Shown: positions 1 through 10,168 of the stretch, in pieces
Position numbering within the stretch: the stretch's first letter is position 1
Layout: the number at the start of each line of letters is the position of its first letter
From: Lama guanicoe
Lineage: Eukaryota
Assembly: GCA_013239625.1 (NCBI GenBank)
Contig: MU054187.1
Location: 5,839,757-5,903,756, forward strand
Reading direction: 5' to 3'
DNA length: 64,000 nucleotides
Made by a program: the position numbers and the translations under genes
Notes under the pieces: model-generated
What the model was told of the DNA's origin: nothing
The model's database searches: none
What the model saw: only the letters and a program-made list of their open reading frames with translations

Positions 1-39
1 CATTTTGGGCAATTTTCCCCCAAATGACCCTAATTCCGA
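1..39 (+). CDS. Candidate coding exon, 3' part only (ILGNFPPNDPNS-E), of an unidentified gene
   Basis: Consensus donor CCGA|GTAAGT at 40. Frame is open from base 2 and ends in phase 2 (GA), matching the next candidate exon. Confidence 0.4.
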
Positions 40-1479
40 GTAAGTGAGTAAAAGTGGGTAAATCCACACAACCAGCTTTCATTGCATTTCAACCTCATTG
101 TTCTTCTCTTGGAAAGTGTCAGGCGTGATTAATTAGGAAGGAACTGGAAAGGGGAGGCCTGCAGACTTCTAAACACAGGCAGCGGACAATCTCCACTCTG
201 CATGTGTGTCTTCGCGGGAGTGAAGAAGCCTGGTCCCTGGTTTCTAAGGACATTCCAAAGATGCTGTGCAGCTGGGAGAATGGTGAGCCAACAGCAGTCC
301 TGAATTAAACTGAACCAAATTTTAACTCAGAAAAAAAAAAAAAAGCCCCTATTTTATTTCCATGAAAAGGCCTACTTTAGAGAAGGGTGAAGCCTTTCCC
401 CCAGTTTCTGTCAGTCGTGATGTTGTTCAATCTTGGGTTGGCACATCTGAGAAGGTCTAAGATTTAGTGTTATTTTATGTAAACAGTTTCTAAACTTGGG
501 GAACCGGGTTTCACGGAGGCCGAGGAGATGGAACTCACCACGTTCACGCCGTTCGGGCGAAGTTGTCCCAAGTTCCAGTTTCCTCTGCAGGACAGCTAGC
601 TGGTTGAGGTACCAGTGTTTACACTGAAACACGTTGCCAACTCTCATACCACATCCTGACAGTTTTATTACAAATCACAAAATTAGAAAACCGCAGGTGT
701 AAATTGTACATATGTCTAATGTATTTAGGTTGGCCCATGATAGTTTTCAGTTTGCTGTAATTCCTGATTTTCACATGTTGAGAAGTTATAGGAATACACA
801 TTGGATTACAAGTTGCTCCCAAAGCTCCTTTTGTTAAAGGGAAAGTTACCTTGGAAAAGTACCCTGTGTTCATTTGTGGATCTTGCTTCTAGTCCAACCT
901 TGTGGCTTTTGCTGACTCAAGAGAGGCCAAGTGCCTGCAGAAGTTCACTCTCAACTACATCAACAGTCTGGTCATCTTCCAGCGCGTTTCTTAAGTCATT
1001 AACAACAGTGCCTGGTCTGTGCTTTAGGAGCCTGAGCTGGGCTGAGACAACAATATTATTTCATTTCCAAAAGCACTTGACAGATTGGAAAGGTTTATTA
1101 GTAAATGCAGTTTGACCCAAATGAAAAAATTGTTGTTCATTTTAATGCACTGTGAAAGGAAGTGCAGAGTGATGAAGCAACAACAAGTATGTGTTCATTG
1201 CCTCCCATGGTTTATATGCTCTTCCACGGATTTGAACACTGGATCCAGTGGCCCCCAAGATGCTTCCAGAACCACCACCGCTCCTGAAGTTTACAGTCTG
1301 GCTGAGGGATGGGGTGGGGTTGGGGGCAGACAATTAAGCCCTTAGTGGTAGGGGTCTGTGTTAAGTGTTGACATCCAGGGAGTAAGGACCTGCACAGGCT
1401 GTGTGCACAGGAGGGGAGGGGACCGTAGGGGAGGGGACGAGAGAGGGGGAGGGGAGGAGAAGTCCCTGCTTCAGTTTGT

Positions 1480-1780
1480 GACTCCAAAAAGGAGATACAC
1501 TTGTACTGAATAGGTTTTGTTAACGCAACTGAATGTGATGAGTTCTGTGTGCTGTGAATCATCTTGGCAAGGAGAGATTGATCCTAGTTTTGGGGACCAG
1601 AGGAGGTCTCTTCAAGGAAGTGATATTTGAACTAGACCTTCAAGAATGGGTCGGATACCAGGAGGCAGGGATGAGAGGGGAGGATTTCCAACAGAGCAAA
1701 GACTTGGAAGCTGTTAAGACCCAGGGAGAACGGAGGGCCCAGCAGGCGCACAGCGGGAGAGCTGAGAGCAGGCTGAGCAG
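1480..1780 (-). mobile_element. LINE L2 fragment
   Basis: Typical antisense L2 text (ttcaaggaagtgatatttgaactagaccttcaagaatgggt). Boundaries approximate. Confidence 0.55.
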
Positions 1781-2023
1781 CGGAACTGGGGAGGCGGGTG
1801 TACCAGATGTTCAGGAGGGTATCAGAGCCCCAGGAAATGCAAAGCTAAGCCTTCCCTGAAGCAAAGATACAAGTTCCTAATATGACTTCACCCACTGTTT
1901 AAACCATGAATTCAATATGAGAAAAACTGATTATTTTGCTTCCTAAATCTCTAAAAGCAGAGGTCTCCCAAAAGCATAATTAGTCTTTGGAAGATGCCTG
2001 AGGCAATTCCTGCTCTCTTTCAG

Positions 2024-2197
2024 GTTCCATTTGCCACTGGGTTATTTATCGGGCATCCGGGAGTCAGGTTCTTCTGTCTGGTTGCCTGGGGTGAAGGAAT
2101 GTAGCTTACAGGGCCACACCGCGATCGTCTCCTACCACCGAAAACCAGGGAAGCTCTTGACCTGGGCTGTAGCAACACCACACCCCCAGAGGTCAAG
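2024..2197 (+). CDS. Candidate internal coding exon, 174 nt, phase 2-2 (FHLPLGYLSGIRESGSSVWLPGVKECSLQGHTAIVSYHRKPGKLLTWAVATPHPQRS)
   Basis: Acceptor tcctgctctctttcag and donor CAAG|gtaaaa. Only one frame is open, and it is the one that fits both neighbouring exons. Confidence 0.5.
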
Positions 2198-5100
2198 GTA
2201 AAATGCTGTCTCTTTAGGGCCAATTGTATAAAGATTTTTTTTTTCTGCTTCAAAATACAGGGCAGGGCAAAGTTTTACAAGTCTTGAACCCCCAAAGCAG
2301 GCTTACCCCAAATACACAAGCTTTATCTGGATGCTGAAATTCCAGATAATACCTTAACTGGCTCAAAAATTACTTTTCCTAGTTGAAATTGCTCTGCTGC
2401 CAAGAATAGTTTTCTCCGGAGCTAGGCTTCTATGTGTTTGCCATCTTGACAGATTGTGGATCTCACGATGGACAGACCAGATGAATGGTCACCGGGTATT
2501 CCAAAGCCCGGATCACACCAGGAGGTGCTTTTCAAAAAGCATATAATCCTATGCTGCTCATGAAATGGTGTGACTCCAGAATGCTGGGGGCCTGCCTAGT
2601 GATTTTCCCACTGGGTCTTGTGACACGTTCCACACAGCATCTGTCCCCACTGTGGAGACATCCCACGCCATGGCTGGGAAATGCATCTTTACTCCACTTT
2701 TGCTCTGTGAAATCCCACAAAGATGAGCTTACTCCAAGAAACCAACCAGAATCACGTTGATGATGTTGGTGATGATGGTGTTGATGGCGGTGGTGGTGTG
2801 AATGCCCTTTCTAAATGCTGTGATCTATTTTCAAAAACAGCAGGATGTCACTGTGTTAATGAAACTTGGTACAGTGAATACTGTTGGTACTTGGAGAGAA
2901 TGAATCAAAGAAACTAAAACATCAGAGCAACAGTGGATGCAGCTTGAGAAATTAAATGACTTCTTCAGAAACAGCCTAAGAAACAGAACCTCTGGGCAGA
3001 GACTTGTGTGATATTTACTACCTTTATTTGGATTTTAGCTCCTGAATTGTTCTGGGCCAACTCAACAAAAGCTACAAGGCACGTACTCCTTTGCAGCACT
3101 GAACTATTTTCTCACACTGATGAAAAATCCTCGTAGCTTGGTCTACCCAGAGAGAGGCTCCTGAAGTAAAATGAAGTCATTAAAAATTGGGTAACAAATA
3201 AACTGAAAATCTCTATGGAACTTTTTTCTGTCCAATGCATAGTAATAACTGTCCTAAAAGACCAAAGAGAGTATTTTTCTTTTTAGCGTTTACCCCTCTA
3301 AACAAAACGAAAGACAAAAATACACGATAATGCGTCCTGTAGATTCTAATGTATGCTACCTATTACCAAAAGGATAAAGTAAAATTTTCTTCTAAATAAA
3401 AGCACATAAAATAATTTAGAAGATATGTACCATGAAATCACACTAGAAAAGCTCCTGTTTGTTCGAATACAGTCTCTTCAATCTTTCTTTGCCTTTTATG
3501 AGTAGATATTTGTGCCTAAAAAGAAATTTGAATTCTAAAAGAACAGGATACCCTGGAGTATAAATACAGGACCAGATACACTTATCTTGTTGATTGCTTC
3601 TAAAACCCTACGTGTTCCACTACTGAGTAGGAACTGTAGCAATATTTTTCCTAGTTCAAAAAGAAAACAATGAGCAATGCAAACATTTCCAGGATAATCA
3701 AGCAGAAATTTGGTGAAATGAACCATGAAGAATTTTTTTTAACAATGCAAGAAAATAGTCACTGATTTGAATAGTAATCAAATCACTAACAGCTTCTAAA
3801 TTCTGCTCCTGTAATAGTAGGGGAACGGATGGAGTTAAACAGAGCTATAAATGAAAAAGGAATGAGCCTTCCACCAACTAAGTGACGGTTTACACTGACA
3901 GTTTGTCAAATCAGTCAACAATCCTTGGGCCAGATAAAAACAACTGCATTACAGAGGATGCATTCTCCTGTGATTGATTCTGACATTTCTCACCCTCTTC
4001 CCACCAAAATAAGTCTACACCTCCATAAACATGTGCATACATCTGGAAATGGCAGGGGAGCATGCACTGGAAATTAATCGCTCTTTTGTTAAGGGTCTCT
4101 GCCTTCTTGTGACCCTACTTTACGGTCAGAATAGCCATGGAGGAGTAACAAGCATTATCAACTTACTGAAAGTTTATCAGATCTTTCTTCTCTGTGACTC
4201 AGACTGTGAGAGAGGAAGTGGGAAGGACAGAAAGTGAAGACAGAACAAGAAGGGGTGGGAGGAACCTCAGAGACAAACAGCCCTCCATACCGCATTGCAT
4301 GCCCTAACAGCAGCACTTGGGCTGCTGGCCAGTGCATGAGTGAATTGCCCTGCAAGCACAGTTCCCAGTGTAAATTACACTCACTACCACCACCAGCTAC
4401 TCAGAAGACAAAGGACCAAATTCTTGCCTTTGTGACAAATTCGGTCACATATAAATGGAAACCATGCATGATACAAGTTTCTTTGGTGAAAAGGAAGAAT
4501 GCCAGTGCTCTCTGCCATCTGATTTGTTCAGATTCCAGAAAGAAATTTTGATCTGACAGAAATCAGGGCTAATGTTCTATTGGATCTAATTCATTTCACA
4601 TTCACATTATGGGAGGCAGAGCTGCGGACGCCTATTTCTTGATTGCTAGATGTAAACAATACGTATCTTGCTTGTCCTAAGAATTGATCGTTAATTACTC
4701 TCTAAGCAGAAAGACTGATGTGGTGGTGATGGTGATAGTGGTTTTCTCTTGACATAATGGTTACAAGTTAGCCAATGATGTCATACATGGATGACACAAT
4801 GGCTGTCTTTCCAAGAGATGGAAATAGATTCAAGCAGCTGCAGGTTCAGATCTTCTGTAGTAAATGATTCTACTTCATCACTATCGAGAGCTTACCCAGT
4901 GCAGCTCTACCCTGCAGCAACTACACCTGCAGAAGTTACTTTATTCCTCAGTGTTCCGAGCTCTAGATGAGTGTTGTTTGGGAATTTGGCCAGTTAAAAA
5001 AGAGGTCCTGAGTGTAAGCTGTTCGAAAGTCACTATCCCATTACAGCAACTATTCCAGGCAAGTTCAAGTACACATCCTAATTCAGGACGGTCTGGTACA

Positions 5101-5339
5101 TGCTGTGGGGGAAAATGGGCCCCTTAGGACAGCTGTCAAACAGAGACATCTACACACACATTCAGTCTGGTTCGTCTTTCTGCTATCAATACTTGGACGA
5201 TTTAACAGGTAGTGATCTTAGTCCAAAACATCGTCCTTGAAGTTTATTTCTCTAGGCCTCTCCCTGCCTGCCCACTGTACTGCTAATATATTTGCTGGCA
5301 TACAGGAACTTCAGTTAAAGAGTAAAAGATGTTTGGATG

Positions 5340-5850
5340 CTAACCAATGTTTACACTGCTGCTGGGTGTGAGTCTTTCAAAGGCCTCAAAAATCTGCATT
5401 TTGTTGATCTACCAATTTCATTTCTAATAATTTTTCCAAAGAAAATAACTAGAGATTTGTGCAAGGACTTAGCTACAAGGATTCTTATTGTAGAGTTGTT
5501 TTATAATATAAAGAAAAATAAGCAAGCCACCTGAATATACAGCTATATGAAATCTTTAAATAATTTATGGGGAACCCATGCACTAGCTTATTTTGCTATC
5601 ATTTGATAGTAATAACTGTCTGTAAAGACACAGAAAAATATTTATAGCATGGAATGCACCATTTCGTACTATATATAAACTGTAAGCGAGAGAAAAACTA
5701 AAGAGACGCACGCCCCAACACTAAGAGGAATCATACGTGAGGGACGACGGGATTAGTGGCGACCTTCTCTAGTCTTGTCTCTGCTTTTATGTGTTTTCCA
5801 AATAATCTGCAATAAATATGTATTAGTTTTATATTCAGGGAAAAAAAAAA
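5340..5850 (+). mobile_element. Old L1 (L1ME-type) 3' end
   Basis: ccaatttcatttctaataatttttccaaagaaaataactagagatttgtgcaaggac...tgtattagttttatattcagggaaaaaaaaaa resembles an L1ME 3'UTR with A tail. Confidence 0.65.
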
Positions 5851-6253
5851 GTAATTTCCAGAATAACAAAGTAAATTTAGGAGCACAGATGCCAGTCGCT
5901 GGAAGCTCCGAGCTCTTTGAGAGCAAAGGTTTGCAAACTAAGGTGCGTGTTGACTTTGTATTCTGTTAAACGGAAATGCGTGCTGTCGCTACTTTTGTGT
6001 TCGCACATTATAATGCTCCAGTTCCCTTAAGTGGTTGAAAACAGATACGTTTTTCTCAGGAAGTTTTGGATGAGTATATACTGTGGCGGGTGGATTAAAG
6101 CAAACAGCCAAGGAATAAAGTGTTGGCCAAGGAGGAACATGTAGGCAGAACAGCTTCCCGCAGGTGTTGCGCTCAGAATTCCTGGGCATGAGGACAAAGG
6201 GTGACAGTTCCTTTGACCGTGTTCACGGACTGACTTTCCTTCCGCCCGGACAG

Positions 6254-6638
6254 CCTGTGGCCCACGCGTCCAGGTTCCGGGGACACGCGTGCCCGGGGGA
6301 CCCAGCAGAGTGGCTGCCGGCGCCTGCGCGGGGCGGAGCGCCCAGGGCTGGGTACCGGTGCCAGCAGGAAGCGAGCCATCTCAGACTCCAAGCGGAAGAC
6401 GGCGTCCTCAGAAGGCAAATGGTCGCAGCAGAAAATGCAAACCACGGGAGGCCGTGGGGAGGAGCAGAAGAAGTTTTTGGAGGCGGCAGAGTATCAGAGC
6501 CGTTGCACTGCACAGAGCGGCATCGCGCGCTGCGCTGAAGAGCGGACCGCCCCCGGGCGCCCGCGTCTACCAGACGCAGACAGCGCAGGATTCCCGCCTT
6601 CACGGTGGTTACGCTCCAAGGATCGCTGCAAACACTGA
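6254..6638 (+). CDS. Candidate terminal coding exon (LWPTRPGSGD...SRKRAISDSKRK...EEQKKFLEAAEYQSRCTAQSG...KDRCKH*)
   Basis: Branch-like ctgac at 6230, pyrimidine tract and cag acceptor at 6251-6253. Phase-2 entry gives an open frame to TGA at 6636-6638. Other frames are also largely open because the region is GC-rich, so the frame rests on exon phase. Confidence 0.45.
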
Positions 6639-7199
6639 ATTCGTGAGCTCGGAGCCGTTACCCCTACGGGAGACACGGGGTTAGGTTCCTCTGGTCACAG
6701 TAGTGAACCCATCAACACCCGGCCTTGTTTTCTGTGTTTTGTTTAAAGACGCCTTGTCGAATCTACGTTGTTGTTGACTGGTTAACGCTGAACTCGCAGC
6801 CTTGGACCCTGTAAGTCAGGCCTGAGCGAGGCTGCCCTGACACGCGGGCTCTCCCCACGAGGCCCACCGCCACCTGCTCGCACCCAGGCGCAGGCCGCAG
6901 CGCTGTGCTTGGGGGCCGTTTCAAACAACCGGATCACCAACGTAACGCACGCAAATGCAGAGACAGCACTAGGGAGAGCCCCATAAAGGACACCTGTTTA
7001 CTTGTGGGGCTGAGACAAGGTGATCAGAGTGTCCCCTGGGAGCAGGGGCATCAAGCAACGCAGACTTCCGCCTGCTCCACACAGGTGCGTGTCCGCGAAT
7101 GACCGTGAAAGTGCGGTGAGTACCCCTGCGGGGTGACAAGGACATTTGAGCAAGTGAATCGGCAGATACAGAAGCTTCGAATGACACAGATGGACCGCA
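6581..7199. mobile_element. MER82-like Tc-mariner/Tigger non-autonomous DNA transposon, near full length
   Basis: Collinear match to the recalled MER82 consensus (aacactgaatt, ggggttaggttcct, gtttaaagac, gtgcttgggggcc, ggacacctgtttac, tgtccgcgaatgacc). Confidence 0.75.
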
Positions 7200-7399
7200 G
7201 TGGTAACCCTCTTCCGCCAGTTGTCGAAAAGATACGTGACATAATTCCTGTCGAGCATTTGACACGGCATTTGGCATGTATATTCTAAACATGAGCTCGA
7301 AGAATCACTGCCTTTGTAAAAAGTGTTAGGTCCCTGTTAAAGCGTTGGGTATAGAATGGTGCATAGCTCCATGTACTCTATTTCTTCTTCTTCTTTATA

Positions 7400-7521
7400 A
7401 TTTTTTTGTGGGGGAAGGTAATCAGGCTTTCTTATTTACTTTTGGGGGAGGTACTGGGGATTGAACCCAGGACCTCGTGCGTGCAAAGCATGCACTCTGC
7501 CCCTGAGCTATACCCTCCTCC
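7400..7521 (-). mobile_element. tRNA-Ala-derived SINE (vic-1-like), long form
   Basis: Reverse complement of an A-box/B-box tRNA head, the attaccttcccccac linker and a T-rich tail. Degenerate target-site duplication (TSD). Confidence 0.9.
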
Positions 7522-7731
7522 CTCTCCCTATGTCCTCTAAATAAATACTTTAGAAAGACAATTACAAAAGCAACCTAATGTTAACACTACCTGATAAACC
7601 CACAAAAATTTTTGGTCATGATTTTTTTCAAAAGAGCTGAAAATAACACTTCCAGCAGTTTCTGTGTTTTCTGCAGCAGGCTTGTTCAGTTATAACTACG
7701 ACCTTTGGGGGACCTGGAGGTGGGACGGGGG

Positions 7732-7860
7732 AATAAATTAATTGTTTTGCAATAAAAAGTGCTTTGATAGAGATAATTCACCCTTGTTTAGAAGTAAATA
7801 GTGCGATTTCCTTAATAAAATATTAATAGGAGTGCTTCGGTGTAATTTTTTTTTAACTTT
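7732..7860 (+). terminator. Candidate polyadenylation region of the plus-strand gene
   Basis: AATAAA at 7732, 7751 and 7814, followed by a GT/T-rich tract, about 1.1 kb after the candidate stop codon. Confidence 0.3.
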
Positions 7861-8189
7861 TCAGAGCCACCTTGTTTGGCATTTATTTTTATTTAGTTGT
7901 AGTAGTAAACACAAGGGATCCTTTCATGGGGCATGGAATTTCCTTGCCAGAAAGTAAATATTGAAGGATTATATAAGGAGCTATAAACTCAATTTCCGGA
8001 GAGATTTTCTAGGAAGATGTTTACCTACCCAAGCCAAATGGATTGAGAGCATTTAAAAATTAACCTTCCTTCCAAATGTGACAAGGTAGGCATTTTCCTC
8101 TGAATCATTCTTCACAATTCTCTGCAGTATTTCAATCCTCTCCTCCTTTGGCGTTCAAAACTTGGCCAAACTTCTGCTGTTGTTGTTAA

Positions 8190-9260
8190 TCTAAAATGTC
8201 TGTAAAGCTCCATCCACAGTAGCTATAAACATCTCTCTCAAGCGTCCCAGCTCCCAAACCCTCTCTGCCCGCGTTCCTGATTTCTGTTTATGGGATCGCC
8301 ATTCTTGCAGTCGCTCAGGCTTAGAACCTTGGATACACCTTTTCTTCTTCCTCTTCCTTGGCCCCTGCCAATCCATCCAATTACTTCTTCCTAATGAGAC
8401 CACATTCGCAGTGTTTGCCCCCATCTCTCCATCCTCATGGCTCTTTTTCAAGTCGAGCCCCTTAATTCTTTTTTTTTTTATTTTAAAAATTTATTTGTGT
8501 ATTTATTTTACAACATCATATTTTTTAAATTGAAGTATAGTTGATGTACAATATTATATGTTACAGGTATACAATATAGTAATTCACAATTTTTAAAGGT
8601 TATACTCCATTTATAGTGATTATAAAATACTGGCTCTATTCCCCATGTTGTACAACACATCCTTGTAGCTTATTTTATACCTGATAGCTTGTACCTCTTA
8701 ATCCTCCACCTCCATCTTGCCCCTCCCCCTTCCCTCTCCCCACTGATAACCACTAGTCCTTCAAGACCCTTAATTCTTATTACCAGAGCCAAGGCACTTG
8801 CTTTGTAACCACCACCCATCATCACCCCCCAAACCATCCTACCCACAGCTACCAAATTCATTTTCATGAAGGACTATTTTACTATCACACCCCTGCTCAG
8901 AATTCTTCAATGGCTCCCCAGTGCCCAAGGAATACAGTGCTGACTCCCCTCTGCCGAGCAGGGAGAATCTTCAGGGACCTGTCTGCAATCCTCCCTCACA
9001 ACCACGTCCCTCACAGCTGCCTTCCATGAAGCCTGGGCCAGACCGACCTCTTGTACCTTCCATCCTTGTACCCAGAAAGCCTGACCTTGGTCCTCTCCCA
9101 CTACATTCCTTCCGCTCGCATTCTCCTCTCCCCTGATTCTCGGGTGACTCACCACTCAAGTTCATTTTAAGCCCAACTCAAATACCACCTCCTTCCTGAC
9201 ACCTTTCCGAATTCAGGCCACCGCAGCCACCTCCCTCCTGAGGGCACAGGCTCTGAACCA
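8190..9260 (+). mobile_element. LINE L2 3' region, interrupted by a younger L1
   Basis: L2 text such as cctgctcagaattcttcaatggctccccagtgcc and ctcaaataccacctccttc. Confidence 0.7.
8471..8766 (-). mobile_element. Cetartiodactyl-type L1 3' end, 5'-truncated
   Basis: aattgaagtatagttgatgtacaatatt... with poly(T). TSD cccttaattctt at 8459-8470 and 8767-8778. Confidence 0.9.
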
Positions 9261-10034
9261 CGTGACAGCCTGGCTATGCTGTCATTCAGGGAGTTTAGGA
9301 CCAGATTCTTCAACAAGGTCGGAAGGGATTCTGTCTACCTTCGGGGGGGGGGGGTGAAACACCCAAAAGGAATGAAATTTGAGGGGGAGAGATACCAACT
9401 GTATCCCAGGAGTGCTGTGGGCAAGAAAACAGGGGTCCTTTTCTTGGTAATCACCTCCAAACCTCTTTTTTCTTCCCTTCAGGCAGTCATTTTCTGTAAG
9501 AGAACTGAAGAACCGTGCCTCCAACTCTTGTAAAAGGCCTATCTTTTATCTACAGGTGGGGGACCTACCCTCCTCTGATATTTCAGATAAAATGGGAGAC
9601 GCTGTTTGGGCTCTGAAAACATCACAGTGACAAAGCGGCAGGATTTCCGATGAGAGGGTCTTGGGGAATCACTTGAGGGGTAAAAGACCACCTCGTTCCA
9701 GGACAGAACCAGTCACACAGCTACGAGGTGGGGACCTGAAATGCCTCAAGACAGCGTGGTCCTGTGCATTCGAAGGACTGAGGTCTCACTGCCGCCTGGA
9801 AGGCAAGACATTCTGTAGAAAAGGACAAGGTGAGGAAAGAATTTAAATAGGAAACCATGGGTTTGAGTGATTGCTATGAGGTTCACCAAAGTCAACGCCC
9901 TGCCCTCAAAGATATCCCTGAGATTAAATGAACCAGAAAGTTAGGAGAGGCGGAGAGGAAGAAACTCATTGCTCAACAGATTTCATCATCAGCTTCCTAA
10001 AACTAAGGTTCAGGGTTTAAGTAGTAAACTCTTT

Positions 10035-10168
10035 TGTTTGTTTGTTTTGTGAGGGGGAAGTAATTGGGTTTATTTATTTGTTTATATTTGGAGGAGGTAC
10101 TGGGGATTGAACCCAGGACCTCGTGCATGCTAAGCATGCACTCTACCACTGAGCTATACCCTCCCCCC
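10035..10168 (-). mobile_element. tRNA-Ala-derived SINE (vic-1-like), long form
   Basis: Near-canonical head (ggggagggtatagctcagtggtagagtgcatgcttagcatgcacgaggtcctgggttcaatccccagtacctcc on the minus strand). TSD aagtagtaaactcttt 10019-10034 / aagtagcgaactcttt 10171-10186. Confidence 0.93.

Noticed and set aside
1410..1460. G-quadruplex-like G tracts, also the G run near 9343 and C run near 49714
   Set aside because: Common low-complexity features with no functional context here.
10095..10168. Apparent tRNA-Ala(AGC) gene, and similar copies at 7.4, 22.7, 26.7, 31.4, 51.4 and 60.2 kb
   Set aside because: The copies have A-rich tails, and most have target-site duplications, so they are SINE retrocopies and not tRNA genes.
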